A stretch of 64,000 nt of DNA. Origin: Bacteroidota bacterium (GTDB taxonomy: Bacteria > Bacteroidota > Bacteroidia > AKYH767-A > 2013-40CM-41-45). Numbering within the stretch: the first letter of the stretch is position 1; each line of letters starts with the position of its first letter. A program made the translations under genes and the position numbers. The notes under the pieces are model-generated. The model saw only the letters and a list, made by a program, of their open reading frames with translations, made no database searches and was not told the DNA's origin. The DNA lies in assembly GCA_049363815.1 (NCBI GenBank), contig JBMQEM010000163.1, positions 10,025-74,024 of the forward strand. The letters are read 5' to 3'. Positions 29,570 to 40,038 of this stretch are shown here, piece after piece.

Positions 29570-30970
29570 ATGCGAATCATAAAATTGATCTTATTACTAT
29601 TAATTGGAAAGACAGTGTGGGCTCAACCGGCTTCATTTGTTATCTATCCCGGTTCGCCTACGCTCGTAAATCACGCGCATGGAGTATATCAGTCACAGTC
29701 CGGTTCAATATATCTTGCTGGATATGGCGAGGATATCAGCGGAGTTTTTTCGCTGATTTCCTTTACCAAATTTGATGAATATGGATCCAGGATCTTTGTA
29801 AAATATATCGGAGATTCAACTCATCACTTTATGATGATGCGGATGCTGGTACTTGACAACAATAGTTTTATAATTGCCGGAAGTAAATATTTACCAGGAG
29901 GAAACTCCACCCCCTATGCAGTAAAAGTTGATTCAACCGGAACTATTTTGTGGGAGAAAACTGTTGCTACCAATTACAATTCCTATTATACCGGTGTAAG
30001 TAAATTTTCAAACGGAAATCTGGTGTTTTCCGGGGCTGCTTCTGATTCGGTATATGGTGACCTGAATTTGATGGGTGTAATTACAGACAGTCAGGGAAAT
30101 GATCTGCATCCTTTTTCATTTGGTGAACAGATCGTCAATGAAACTGCTGAAAATTGTGTCGTTTCAGATGATGGAACCATCCTGGTCTGCGGTGACAGAC
30201 TTATCAATACTTCAATTGTGAATCCATATGTAGCAGCCTTTGACAGCACCGGCAACTTTATCTGGGAATTGGGGATTTCATCGCATAATAACAGTGGAAG
30301 TAAAAATCTTTACATTGACAGAAGTGGACATTTATTGGTTATCGGAGAAAGTGCTACCAGTACCAGTCCGCAATTTGATGTTCAACTGACCAAGATCAAT
30401 ATTGATTCAGCAGCAACATTATGGCAAAAATTAATTCCGGGAACCATAATGAGTGATGCAGGTTTTGCAATCAGTGAAACAATTGATGGCAATTATGCAT
30501 TGGCTGGATATGGTCATGATTCAACGGTGAATGCAAAGAGAGTATTATTACTTATTACTGATACGAGCGGAAATGAATTATCTAAAAAATATTTTGGCAA
30601 TTCATCAATTAATATTGGGTATGATATTTCACCTTCTGTTTATGGTGGTTTTCTGATTGCCGGTGCAGATTTTGTTTCAGATCGGCAGATCATGGTCTAT
30701 CAAAAGGAACTGGGGATAGATATTCCGGAACTAAGAAAGGAATACATTTCAATCTACCCCAATCCTGTTCTTTCCGGTTCATCAGTCAGTTTCAGTCTTC
30801 CTGTTAATACTATAAAAATCACAAGTATGCTGGGAAAAACTGTTTTCTTCATGGAGAAAAACAGCACTTTTTCATCTGCTGCACTTCCGGCTCTTAAAAA
30901 AGGTTTTTACTTCATTCAATTTAGTTCAGGAACAAAACACTACTTCTCTGCATTAACTATTTGTGAATGA
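29570..30970 (+). CDS. Secreted beta-propeller-like repeat protein with T9SS CTD
   Basis: Signal peptide; repeated G.I.LAGY / D..G...W modules; C-terminal IYPNPVLSGSSVSFSL...KGFYFIQF. Confidence 0.6.
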   Translation: MRIIKLILLLLIGKTVWAQPASFVIYPGSPTLVNHAHGVYQSQSGSIYLAGYGEDISGVFSLISFTKFDEYGSRIFVKYIGDSTHHFMMMRMLVLDNNSFIIAGSKYLPGGNSTPYAVKVDSTGTILWEKTVATNYNSYYTGVSKFSNGNLVFSGAASDSVYGDLNLMGVITDSQGNDLHPFSFGEQIVNETAENCVVSDDGTILVCGDRLINTSIVNPYVAAFDSTGNFIWELGISSHNNSGSKNLYIDRSGHLLVIGESATSTSPQFDVQLTKINIDSAATLWQKLIPGTIMSDAGFAISETIDGNYALAGYGHDSTVNAKRVLLLITDTSGNELSKKYFGNSSINIGYDISPSVYGGFLIAGADFVSDRQIMVYQKELGIDIPELRKEYISIYPNPVLSGSSVSFSLPVNTIKITSMLGKTVFFMEKNSTFSSAALPALKKGFYFIQFSSGTKHYFSALTICE

Positions 30971-32877
30971 AGAATAAGATTCAACAGATATTAAATCAAT
31001 ACTGGGGACACACTTCTTTCAGACCTTTACAGGAAGATATTATCTTTTCTATTTTGGAGGGACATGACACACTTGCTTTACTGCCAACCGGTGGTGGGAA
31101 GTCAATTTGTTTCCAGGTTCCTGCCCTTGCGAAGGACGGCGTTTGTATTGTGATCTCACCATTGATCGCTTTGATGAAAGATCAGGTGATGAATCTCAGA
31201 AATAAGGGGATACCTGCCGTTTCAATAGTTTCAGGAATGAGCAGAGATGAGATTGATATTGCCCTTGACAATTGTATCTACGGTAAAGAAAAGTTTCTGT
31301 ATGTATCTCCTGAGCGATTAACTTCTGAAATTTTTCTTGAAAGGTTAAAGCAAATGAATGTCAATTTACTTGCTATTGACGAAGCGCATTGTATTTCGCA
31401 ATGGGGATATGATTTCAGGCCTTCTTATTTACAGATCGCTTCGATCAGAGAGCATTTACCGGATGTACCGGTTCTTGCACTTACTGCAACAGCAACAAAA
31501 AACGTTGAGCAGGACATTCAGGAAAAACTTGGTTTCAAAAACCAGAATGTTTTTAAGAAAAGTTTTGAAAGGAAAAACCTTGCGTATATCGTGCTCTATG
31601 AAGAAGATAAATTTGGAAGACTTCTTAAGATAGCCGGTTCACTGAAAGGAATTGGTGTGGTATATGTTCGCACTCGGAAACGAACAAAAGAAATCGCAGA
31701 ATTTTTAAAACGTAATAAAATATCTGCAGAAGCCTATAATGCTGGAATGACAAGTGTGGAGCGGACAAAGGTTCAGGATAACTGGATGAAGGAAAAAACC
31801 AGGATAGTTGTTGCTACTAATGCCTTTGGTATGGGTATCGATAAAGGGAATGTCCGCTTCGTCGTTCATGTGGATTCTCCGGAAAGCCTGGAAGCATATT
31901 ATCAGGAGGCAGGACGTGCAGGAAGAGATGAACAAAAAGCGTTTGGAATTTTACTCTTCAATAAGAGTGACCGTGAAGAACTGGAGCAACGTGTAGATCT
32001 TACTTTTCCGGATATTCAGAAGATACGAGCTGTTTATCAGGCGCTCGGAAATTACTATCAGTTACCGGTTGAATCAGGAAAAGGAGTTAGTTTTGATTTT
32101 GATCTGTATCATTTTTGTAACAACTATAATTTCAATATGTCTGAAACTTATAGTTGTTTAAAGATACTTGAATTGCAAGGTATGATCGCTTTGAATGATT
32201 CTGTTGCATTGCAGTCACGATTGCATTTTACGATCAGGGCAAATGATCTCTATGAATTCCAGGTCAAGAATCCGCGATTTGATGTTTTTATAAAAGTGAT
32301 TCTTCGTCTTTATGAAGGAGTGTTTGATGAATATATTTCGATCAATGAATCTGAAATTGCCTTACGTGCCACCATTTCAATTGAAGAAACAAGATCATTC
32401 TTGTTAAGCCTACATAAACTTCAGATCTTAAATTACATTCCGTTTACAGACAAACCACAATTGACTTTTACAGAAGCGCGCATTGACCAAAAGCAACTTC
32501 TGATCGATAAAGAAAACCTTATAGAACGTAAGAACAGATTTATTGAAAGGGCAAGATCCTTTCTTCACTATGCCGAAACAGAAAACCGTTGCAGAAGTCA
32601 GATGCTGGTAGCGTATTTCGGTGAGATAAACACAGAACGATGTGGAGTCTGTGATTACTGTCTGGAGAGAAACAAAGCCGGTGTTTCAGATCTGGAATTC
32701 AACGAAATTTCGATTCGCATTAAAAATCTCCTTAAAGAAAGTGAAATTGGTTTATCGGACCTGATCGTCCGGTTGCGGCCGGCAACAGAAGAGAACACAC
32801 TTAAGGTTGTGGAATGGCTGGTTGATAATGAACAGATCTTTTATAAAGAAGGGGAAGTCCTGGGTGTCAAGCCCTAG
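30967..32877 (+). CDS. recQ: RecQ family ATP-dependent DNA helicase
   Basis: FRPLQEDII, LLPTGGGKS, DEAH box (IDEAHCISQWGYDFRPSY), zinc-binding CRSQ...CGVCDYC. ATGA overlap with the upstream gene. Confidence 0.85.
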   Translation: MKNKIQQILNQYWGHTSFRPLQEDIIFSILEGHDTLALLPTGGGKSICFQVPALAKDGVCIVISPLIALMKDQVMNLRNKGIPAVSIVSGMSRDEIDIALDNCIYGKEKFLYVSPERLTSEIFLERLKQMNVNLLAIDEAHCISQWGYDFRPSYLQIASIREHLPDVPVLALTATATKNVEQDIQEKLGFKNQNVFKKSFERKNLAYIVLYEEDKFGRLLKIAGSLKGIGVVYVRTRKRTKEIAEFLKRNKISAEAYNAGMTSVERTKVQDNWMKEKTRIVVATNAFGMGIDKGNVRFVVHVDSPESLEAYYQEAGRAGRDEQKAFGILLFNKSDREELEQRVDLTFPDIQKIRAVYQALGNYYQLPVESGKGVSFDFDLYHFCNNYNFNMSETYSCLKILELQGMIALNDSVALQSRLHFTIRANDLYEFQVKNPRFDVFIKVILRLYEGVFDEYISINESEIALRATISIEETRSFLLSLHKLQILNYIPFTDKPQLTFTEARIDQKQLLIDKENLIERKNRFIERARSFLHYAETENRCRSQMLVAYFGEINTERCGVCDYCLERNKAGVSDLEFNEISIRIKNLLKESEIGLSDLIVRLRPATEENTLKVVEWLVDNEQIFYKEGEVLGVKP

Positions 32878-32928
32878 ACTTCGTTGTTTTTTCCATATTT
32901 GACCCTTATTTCCAGAGCTAATTAATTG

Positions 32929-32936
32929 TACTTTTG
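32929..32936 (+). promoter_or_regulatory. Candidate -7 box (TACTTTTG) only 6 nt upstream of the rlmI ATG
   Basis: Perfect TAnnTTTG at 32929-32936; ATG at 32943. Confidence 0.4.
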
Positions 32937-32942
32937 GCGCAT

Positions 32943-34127
32943 ATGGAAAATTATGCGAAAGTGATATTGCATCCAAAAAAGGACCGGTCATTACGACTGT
33001 TTCATCCCTGGGTCTTTTCAGGAGCAATTGCGAAAGTTACCGGTGATCCGAAAGAAGGTGAAATTGTAGAGGTCTTTTCAAATGAAAATGAGTACCTGGC
33101 TACCGGGCACTTTCATGAAGGATCGATAAAGGTCAGAATATTCTCATTTGTAGTTACAGATTGCGGTGAAGAATTCTGGTATTCCAAATTCAAAAAAGCT
33201 TATGACAATCGTGACAGGCTTGGATTGATCGGCAATACCACAACAAATATTTACCGGCTTATACATGCTGAAGGCGATGGTTTACCCGGCCTGATCATAG
33301 ATATTTACGGCTCTGTTGCAGTAGTCCAAACTCATACTGTCGGAATGCATGAACAAAAACAACATTTTGTATCTGCTCTCAAGAAATTGTATGGAACTTC
33401 ACTTGAAGCGATATACGATAAAAGTTCAGAGACAATGAGTAAGCAGAATGCAATGCAAATGGAAAATTCATTTCTGTTGGGGTCACAGTCGGAATCAGAA
33501 GTTTTTGAAAATGATATCAAATTTTACGTGAACTGGGTTGAAGGACAGAAAACAGGTTTCTTCATTGATCAGCGTGAGAACAGGCAGTTACTTTCGAAAT
33601 ATTCAAAAGGGAAAAAGATACTGAACACTTTTTCATATTCCGGTGGATTTTCAATGTACGCACTTGCAGGTGGGGCTTCTGAAGTTCATTCTGTTGATAG
33701 TTCTAAAAAAGCAGGAGAACTTGCATTAAGGAATGCAGAACTCAACAACGTTTCTAACCGCCATCAATTTCATACGATGGACGCATTTGATTTTTTGAAA
33801 ACGACAAAAGATCAGTTTGACATTGTTATACTTGATCCACCGGCATTTGCGAAACATCTATCATCTGTTGACAAAGCCATGATTGGTTACAGGAATCTGA
33901 ATACTGAAGGTTTTTATAAAGTAAAACCGGGTGGATTACTTTTTACTTTTTCTTGTTCTCAAGTGATCGATAAAACTCTTTTCAGAAAAATTGTTTTTCA
34001 GGCAGCTGCACAATCCAAGAGAAATGTCAGAATATTATATCAGCTTACTCAAGGACCAGATCATGCGATAAGTATTTATCACCCGGAGGGTGAGTATCTA
34101 AAAGGACTGGTATTGCAGGTTGATTGA
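32943..34127 (+). CDS. rlmI: 23S rRNA (cytosine1962-C5)-methyltransferase RlmI-like (PUA plus class I MTase)
   Basis: LRLFHPWVFSGAI (as at the RlmI N-terminus), GLPGLIIDIYG, TGFFIDQRENR, ILDPPAF. Confidence 0.8.
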   Translation: MENYAKVILHPKKDRSLRLFHPWVFSGAIAKVTGDPKEGEIVEVFSNENEYLATGHFHEGSIKVRIFSFVVTDCGEEFWYSKFKKAYDNRDRLGLIGNTTTNIYRLIHAEGDGLPGLIIDIYGSVAVVQTHTVGMHEQKQHFVSALKKLYGTSLEAIYDKSSETMSKQNAMQMENSFLLGSQSESEVFENDIKFYVNWVEGQKTGFFIDQRENRQLLSKYSKGKKILNTFSYSGGFSMYALAGGASEVHSVDSSKKAGELALRNAELNNVSNRHQFHTMDAFDFLKTTKDQFDIVILDPPAFAKHLSSVDKAMIGYRNLNTEGFYKVKPGGLLFTFSCSQVIDKTLFRKIVFQAAAQSKRNVRILYQLTQGPDHAISIYHPEGEYLKGLVLQVD

Positions 34128-34130
34128 TCT

Positions 34131-35465
34131 ATGGCAATAGGAACCACTTATAAGGAGATCACAAAACTTGCTATGCCCGTAATTTTAGGGGCATTGTCGA
34201 TGACCTTGATCAACATTACTGATACAGCTTTTCTTGGCCGTATCGGTGAGACCGAATTAGGAGCCTCTGCAGTTGGCGGAGTCCTGTATTTTGTCTTTGC
34301 CATGATCGGTACATCGATAGGTACAGGAACGCAGATCATTATTTCGAGGAGAAAAGGTGAAGGAAATAATCAGGCAATCGGAAAAATTTTTGACCAAAGT
34401 TTAGGTATCCTTCTTCTAACCGGCTTTGTTTTATTTGCGATATTGAAGTGGATAGCCCCGCCTCTGCTTCCTTTGATCCTGAATGAACCGGACCTGATAG
34501 AAGCAACAACAGAGTTTCTGGACTATCGCTCTTATGGGATATTTTTTGTGCTAATGGCTACAGCATTCCGTTCACTTTATGTTGGAATTGCAATTCCAAG
34601 GATCTATGGATTCTATTCCTTTCTGATGGCAGCAATAAATATTGTTTTAGGATATGGAATGATTTTCGGTAACCTTGGTTTTCCCAGATTAGGAATTGCA
34701 GGTGCTGGACTTGCTTCCTCAATTGCTGAATTACTTGCACTACTATTTATATGGTTGTATACTTTCTTAAAAAAGGATCTTGTTCAATACCATCTGTTCA
34801 GATTTGCAAGTTTCAAAAAGGAACTGACAGGAAAAATATTTGAGCTCTCCTCTCCTATCATTGTACAAAATTTACTTTCCATGGGTGCATGGTTTGTGTT
34901 TTTTGTTTTTATTGAAAAGATCGGAAGTCATGAACTGGCAATTTCAAATATCGTCAGAGGTGCCTATATGATCAGCATGACTCCCTTCTGGGGATTTTCT
35001 GTGGCTGCAAACAGTATGGTAAGTAATGTAATTGGACAAGGTAAAAAAGATGAGGTCTTAGGGCTGGTCAACAATATTATCAAGCTGACGATGTTTGTTT
35101 CAGTTGCGATGATAGCAATTAACCTGCTGTTCCCTGTGCAGATTCTTTCAATATTCACAAACGACATTGATTTGATCCGTGATTCAATGGCTTGTCTGCA
35201 GATCGTAGATATTGCATTGATCTTTTTTGGATTTGCTATAGTTTCTATCAATGCAGTAAGTGGTACCGGAGCAACAAAAATTGCCTTGTACATTGAGATT
35301 GCAGCCATTTTCATTTATATGCTCTATAGTTACCTGGCAACTTTCGTATTCAAAGGGTCCGTTGAAATTGTCTGGTTCTCAGAAGTTCTCTACTGGCTGT
35401 TTACAGGGGTGGTTTGTTACTGGTATATCCGGTCAGGTGTCTGGAAGAAATTGAAAAATATTTAG
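34131..35465 (+). CDS. MATE family efflux transporter
   Basis: 444 aa, 12 predicted TM segments, N-terminal ITKLAMPVILGALSMTLINITDTAFLGR. Confidence 0.85.
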   Translation: MAIGTTYKEITKLAMPVILGALSMTLINITDTAFLGRIGETELGASAVGGVLYFVFAMIGTSIGTGTQIIISRRKGEGNNQAIGKIFDQSLGILLLTGFVLFAILKWIAPPLLPLILNEPDLIEATTEFLDYRSYGIFFVLMATAFRSLYVGIAIPRIYGFYSFLMAAINIVLGYGMIFGNLGFPRLGIAGAGLASSIAELLALLFIWLYTFLKKDLVQYHLFRFASFKKELTGKIFELSSPIIVQNLLSMGAWFVFFVFIEKIGSHELAISNIVRGAYMISMTPFWGFSVAANSMVSNVIGQGKKDEVLGLVNNIIKLTMFVSVAMIAINLLFPVQILSIFTNDIDLIRDSMACLQIVDIALIFFGFAIVSINAVSGTGATKIALYIEIAAIFIYMLYSYLATFVFKGSVEIVWFSEVLYWLFTGVVCYWYIRSGVWKKLKNI

Positions 35466-35548
35466 GGAGAATAAATTTCTCAAATTAAAATTCACAATCT
35501 GCCTGAATAACTATTGTTAATTTCCATTTCCCTTTGTTCAATCATAGC

Positions 35549-35556
35549 TATCTTTG
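35549..35556 (+). promoter_or_regulatory. Candidate -7 box (TATCTTTG) 5 nt upstream of the fmt ATG
   Basis: Perfect TAnnTTTG at 35549-35556; ATG at 35562. Confidence 0.4.
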
Positions 35557-35561
35557 CCGGT

Positions 35562-36527
35562 ATGTCGAACAAACCCAAAATTGTTTTTCTCGGAACACCC
35601 GATTTTGCAGTTCCTGCTTTGGCAACCCTTGTTGAGAACGGTTATCCGATTTCGGCAGTTGTTACTGTTCCGGATAAACCTGCCGGACGCGGACAGAAAA
35701 TTCTTTCTTCACCTGTAAAGCAATTTGCTGAAAAGCACGGACTGAAAATTCTTCAGCCGGCCAATCTGAAAGATGAGTCCTTCGTTAATGAGCTAAAGGC
35801 ACTGAATGCCGATCTGCAGATCGTTGTGGCTTTCCGGATGTTGCCTGAAGTGGTCTGGAATATGCCGAAGTTAGAGACATTCAATCTGCATGGTTCTTTA
35901 CTGCCCCAATACAGAGGTGCAGCTCCAATCAACTGGGCAATAATCAATGGAGAAAAGAAGACCGGTGTTACTACCTTTTTCCTCAAACAAGAGATCGACA
36001 CCGGAAATATCATCTTTCATGAAGAAGTTGAAATAACAAACGATGACAATGTTGAAACTCTACACGACAAGCTTATGAAAGTAGGTTCGCAGCTTGTATT
36101 AAAGACTGTACAGGCAATTGAATCAGGTAAGATTAAATCCATTGATCAGAGCACGTTAAGTACTGATACTTTGAAAATTGCTCCAAAGCTTAACAGGGAA
36201 AATACCCGGCTACCGCTGACCAAGAATCCGGAAGAAACAAGAAATTTTATCCGGGGACTTTCACCATATCCGGCTGCTCATTCAGAATTTTTCAATGATA
36301 ATGGAATCGGATTTTCTGTAAAGATCTTTAATGCGGATGCAATAATGGAATCTCATAATCAAGCCATAGGGAAAATTGAAACTGATAACAAGAGCTATCT
36401 GAGAATCTATTTATCAGGAGGTTATATTTCAATAAATGAACTACAGCTTTCAGGAAGAAATAAAATGAAGATCAGGGATTTTCTAAATGGAATTAAGTTT
36501 GAAGGAAACTGGAAAGCCAATAAATAA
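35562..36527 (+). CDS. fmt: Methionyl-tRNA formyltransferase
   Basis: MSNKPKIVFLGTPDFAVPAL, NLHGSLLPQYRGAAPINWAIING. The start was moved from the listed 35514 to the ATG at 35562. Confidence 0.9.
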   Translation: MSNKPKIVFLGTPDFAVPALATLVENGYPISAVVTVPDKPAGRGQKILSSPVKQFAEKHGLKILQPANLKDESFVNELKALNADLQIVVAFRMLPEVVWNMPKLETFNLHGSLLPQYRGAAPINWAIINGEKKTGVTTFFLKQEIDTGNIIFHEEVEITNDDNVETLHDKLMKVGSQLVLKTVQAIESGKIKSIDQSTLSTDTLKIAPKLNRENTRLPLTKNPEETRNFIRGLSPYPAAHSEFFNDNGIGFSVKIFNADAIMESHNQAIGKIETDNKSYLRIYLSGGYISINELQLSGRNKMKIRDFLNGIKFEGNWKANK

Positions 36528-36550
36528 TGGAAATTGAATGCAAGTAGATC

Positions 36551-37234
36551 ATGAAAAAAGTGGTTGTTCTTAGTGGTGCGGGAATCAGTGCTGAAAGTGG
36601 ATTAAAGACTTTCCGTGACAGTGATGGACTTTGGGAAAATTACAGAATTGAAGATGTAGCTACACCACAAGCCTGGAAAAAAGACAGGAATCTGGTGCTA
36701 CAGTTCTATAATGAAAGGCGAAAACAAGTAATGGCAGCAAAACCGAATGCAGCGCATTTAGCCTTGGCTGAACTGGAAAATAAATATGATGTACACATCG
36801 TAACTCAGAATATTGACGATCTCCATGAGCGAGCAGGTTCAACTAAGATCCTGCATTTACATGGCGAGATCCTGAAATCAAGAAGTACAATGAATCCGAG
36901 TCTTGTCTATTCTATAAAAGGGGACTCTATTGTTGAAGGTGATACCTGTGAGTTAGGATCACAACTCAGACCTCATATTGTCTGGTTTGGAGAAATGGTT
37001 CCTGCACTTGAAGAAGCAGCATACATAGTTTCAGAAGCAGATATCGTCATTGTCGTTGGAACTTCACTTGCAGTTTATCCGGCTGCCGGATTAATCAACT
37101 ATGCTTTACCTGATGCTGAAAAATTCCTGGTCAATCCGGATGTCTCAGCAGGAAACCTGACCGGATTTAAATTTATAAATGCAAATGCAGGCACAGGAAT
37201 TCCTGTACTTGTCAAAGAAATGATAAACAGATAA
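36551..37234 (+). CDS. cobB: NAD-dependent protein deacylase (Sir2/CobB family)
   Basis: VLSGAGISAESGLKTFRD, TQNIDDLHERAG, VVGTSLAVYPAAG. Confidence 0.85.
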   Translation: MKKVVVLSGAGISAESGLKTFRDSDGLWENYRIEDVATPQAWKKDRNLVLQFYNERRKQVMAAKPNAAHLALAELENKYDVHIVTQNIDDLHERAGSTKILHLHGEILKSRSTMNPSLVYSIKGDSIVEGDTCELGSQLRPHIVWFGEMVPALEEAAYIVSEADIVIVVGTSLAVYPAAGLINYALPDAEKFLVNPDVSAGNLTGFKFINANAGTGIPVLVKEMINR

Positions 37235-37836
37235 TGGATCATCCGTATTTCAGTACAGAAGTTTTTAAGTGGGTCGTGCTCCCCTTTCTGATTTTTATTG
37301 CAAGAACAATTGATGTGTCACTTGGCACTTTAAGAAGTGTTTTTGTTTCAAAAGGTTTTCGTCAGATAGTTCCCTTTATTGGATTTGTTGAGGTTTTGAT
37401 ATGGCTTATCTCCATCCGGCAAGTCATGCAACATCTCGATAATCCGGTATGTTACATCGGATTTGCCGGAGGATTTGCAATGGGTACTTATGTAGGTTTG
37501 CTAATTGAAAGCAGGCTGGCGTTGGGACTACAGGTTTTAAGGTTGATCGTTTCGTCAGACTGGCAACCCTTGATCACAGAATTGCAAAAGGAGAAACTTG
37601 GTTTGACAATTATGGATGGTCACGGAGCGAAGGGCCCGGTGAAAATTATTTTTACAATCGTGAATCGCAAGGATATTGCTCGAGTCAGAAACATCATAAA
37701 AAACGTAAATCCACATGCATTTTATTCGATTGAAGATATTCGGGTTGCCAATCAGGGTGTTTTTCCGGATCATGGCACTATTAATTCAAAGATGGATTAT
37801 ATCAGAAATGTGCTTCCTGACGTTAAAGAGAAATAA
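37234..37836 (+). CDS. DUF2179/UPF0316 family membrane protein
   Basis: 200 aa. Three N-terminal TM segments and a C-terminal DUF2179-like domain (TIMDGHGAKGPVKIIFTIVNRKD). 1-nt overlap with cobB. Confidence 0.68.
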   Translation: MDHPYFSTEVFKWVVLPFLIFIARTIDVSLGTLRSVFVSKGFRQIVPFIGFVEVLIWLISIRQVMQHLDNPVCYIGFAGGFAMGTYVGLLIESRLALGLQVLRLIVSSDWQPLITELQKEKLGLTIMDGHGAKGPVKIIFTIVNRKDIARVRNIIKNVNPHAFYSIEDIRVANQGVFPDHGTINSKMDYIRNVLPDVKEK

Positions 37837-37937
37837 ACTTTTGATTGTCAATAAGTCATTTGCCGCAACTGATTACGGGTAATTTAAAGCGGTAATTTCG
37901 AACTAATTCAACCATAAAAACCATATACAAAAAAATC

Positions 37938-38510
37938 ATGAAAACTAAAGCAATTTTAGCATTCGTTATTGCCGGAGCGATGAGCTTCACAGCATGTACA
38001 AAGAAAGTTGATCCAAAAATCGTTGCAGATGTAAATCAATTCGGAACAGATTGGACAGCATTAGGTGAAAAAGCTACTAACTGGAGCAATGAGCTTACTG
38101 CTACTACTACTCAAGCAAAAGAATTCGTTGCTAAACAAACTGAAAGAATGAACAGCATCACTTCTCCAAAAGAAGAAGCTGTAAAAACGCAATTAGCTGC
38201 ATCTATCCAGACAGCAACTGAGAATGCTACGAAATTGGAAGGTATGCAATCAGAATTCAACACTTTCAAAGCAACTTGGGATGAAACTACAAAGCAATTC
38301 GGCGAGTGGAAAGACAAAGTTATGAAAGGCGAAGTTAATCCAGAAGAAGCTACTAAAGGTTTAGCTGATTTCCAATCTAAGATGGCTGCTTCTCAGGCAC
38401 AAGTTGAAGGATGGAATGCTCAATATGCAGAGATCAAAACTGCTACTGAACAAAATATGGCTAGTGCTGAAACAGTAACTAATCCTGCTGAAACTACTCC
38501 AAAGAAATAA
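37938..38510 (+). CDS. Hypothetical lipoprotein, helical T/A/E/K-rich
   Basis: Lipobox MSFTAC. Low-complexity helical sequence with no domain recognised. Confidence 0.5.
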   Translation: MKTKAILAFVIAGAMSFTACTKKVDPKIVADVNQFGTDWTALGEKATNWSNELTATTTQAKEFVAKQTERMNSITSPKEEAVKTQLAASIQTATENATKLEGMQSEFNTFKATWDETTKQFGEWKDKVMKGEVNPEEATKGLADFQSKMAASQAQVEGWNAQYAEIKTATEQNMASAETVTNPAETTPKK

Positions 38511-38530
38511 TTGGAAGTTATTTAATAATA

Positions 38531-38558
38531 AAAAAGGTCTGAGAAATCAGACCTTTTT
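38531..38558. terminator. Bidirectional terminator; the last codons and stop of the minus-strand aminotransferase gene lie inside the stem
   Basis: aaaaaggtctga-gaaa-tcagaccttttt, a 12-bp stem with a GNRA loop. The stop codon of 38547..39404 is at 38547-38549. Confidence 0.75.
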
Positions 38559-39404
38559 TATTTGGTGTAATTCGTTGAGTTCGTTTAAAAGCTTTGTCGA
38601 GAAATTATTGAAATATCTTTTAGTCCTGAATGCCCCTACCCATCTTAATCCATGGATCACATCACTTAAAAAAACTTCATCGGCTTTCAACAGGTCATCG
38701 ACTGTTATGCCTTTTTCTATCACTGTTTTCCCTTGTTTTCGAAGATGAGAAATGAGTACTTCACGCATGACTCCTGCAACACAGGCTTCATCAAGAGAGG
38801 GTGTGTAAAAGACACCATTATCAAGTAAAAAGATATTTGAACTGATCGCTTCTGCAATCCGACCGTCAGTGTTTAGTACCAGACAATCGCCGCTATTGGT
38901 TTTGTTCTTATACAATCCTGCCATAACATAATAAAGTGCGTTCGACGACTTCAGATTTGACAGACGACTGACCGGTTTTTTGATTTCTGTATACAGGTCT
39001 ATTTTCAGACCGGTTTCATTCAGCCGGAAGTTCCGGTTTGACAATGATGATACTTCTATAAGATAGGATACATTATTGGTCTGTGGCGTATACAATCCAC
39101 CATCATTCCTGAAAACTTCCAGTCTGATCCGTCCGTTACCTTTCAGGTTATTTACCTGGTCAAGATGCCGTATGGAAAGATAGAGATTATGAAAGGTCAG
39201 ATCATCATGGCCATTCATACCCAGAAGTTCCATTGAACTTGCAAGTCTGGCCAGATGTTTTTCAAAAAAAAGGATCTCGCCATTCATTAGACGGATGGTC
39301 TCAAATACAGCATCACCATATCTGAAAGCTCTGTTACTGGCTGTAAAGATCGGTTGTCCGGCCTCGATTATATTCCCATTAAAATTGACGAAATTGTTTT
39401 GCAT
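38547..39404 (-). CDS. Aminotransferase class IV (aminodeoxychorismate lyase / D-amino-acid or branched-chain type)
   Basis: 285 aa with FRYGDAVFETIR and fold-type IV features (EAISSNIFLL, GVMRE). Confidence 0.72.
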   Translation of the reverse strand: MQNNFVNFNGNIIEAGQPIFTASNRAFRYGDAVFETIRLMNGEILFFEKHLARLASSMELLGMNGHDDLTFHNLYLSIRHLDQVNNLKGNGRIRLEVFRNDGGLYTPQTNNVSYLIEVSSLSNRNFRLNETGLKIDLYTEIKKPVSRLSNLKSSNALYYVMAGLYKNKTNSGDCLVLNTDGRIAEAISSNIFLLDNGVFYTPSLDEACVAGVMREVLISHLRKQGKTVIEKGITVDDLLKADEVFLSDVIHGLRWVGAFRTKRYFNNFSTKLLNELNELHQIKKV

Positions 39405-39537
39405 CTGAATGATACAAAGGTAGCAAGTATTTTCGTTGGTTATTTTATTGAATGAAAAAGTTTAACAACACCGGGCGGTTATTAACTCTTCGTTTGAGAA
39501 AAGTCATACAATTCGATTTCGCAAGAACATTAAACAA

Positions 39538-40038
39538 CTAAGAAGATGATAAATTGATAAGTCTTAAATCTGAATTAGGTTCAATCAAAATTGTATTGAC
39601 CCCTGCTTTTTGTCCGGCAACAATGTCCCGTTCTGTATCCCCTATAAAAAAACTTTTTTCCGGATCGATATTGAATCTGGCAATTGCTTTTTCCAGCAAC
39701 AATGAATCAGGTTTGCGGCAGATGCATTTACTTGTAGTTGGATGATGTGGGCAATAGTAGTATTCGGTAATCTGAACTCCATTCATTCCAAGATTTCTCG
39801 AGATGTGCAGATGAAGATAATCTGCTTCGGCGATGGTATAAAGTCCTTTTCCGATTCCACCCTGGTTTGAGATCACGATCAGCAAAAATCCCTGCTTTGA
39901 AAACTCAAGCAATGCTTCAGGAACACCTATGTTGATCTTCAGGTCTTCAAGTAACCAAGTATAATCACCTCGTTCGTGAATCAGTACGCCATCACGATCG
40001 AGAAAGATTGCTTTGTTTTTTTCAGAAAACATTTCCAA
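39538..40038 (-). CDS. gmhB: D-glycero-D-manno-heptose 1,7-bisphosphate phosphatase-like HAD-IIIA hydrolase
   Basis: IFLDRDGVL, VISNQGGIGKG, zinc motif YYCPHHPTTSKCICRKP, FIGDTERD. Confidence 0.75.
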   Translation of the reverse strand: MEMFSEKNKAIFLDRDGVLIHERGDYTWLLEDLKINIGVPEALLEFSKQGFLLIVISNQGGIGKGLYTIAEADYLHLHISRNLGMNGVQITEYYYCPHHPTTSKCICRKPDSLLLEKAIARFNIDPEKSFFIGDTERDIVAGQKAGVNTILIEPNSDLRLINLSSS

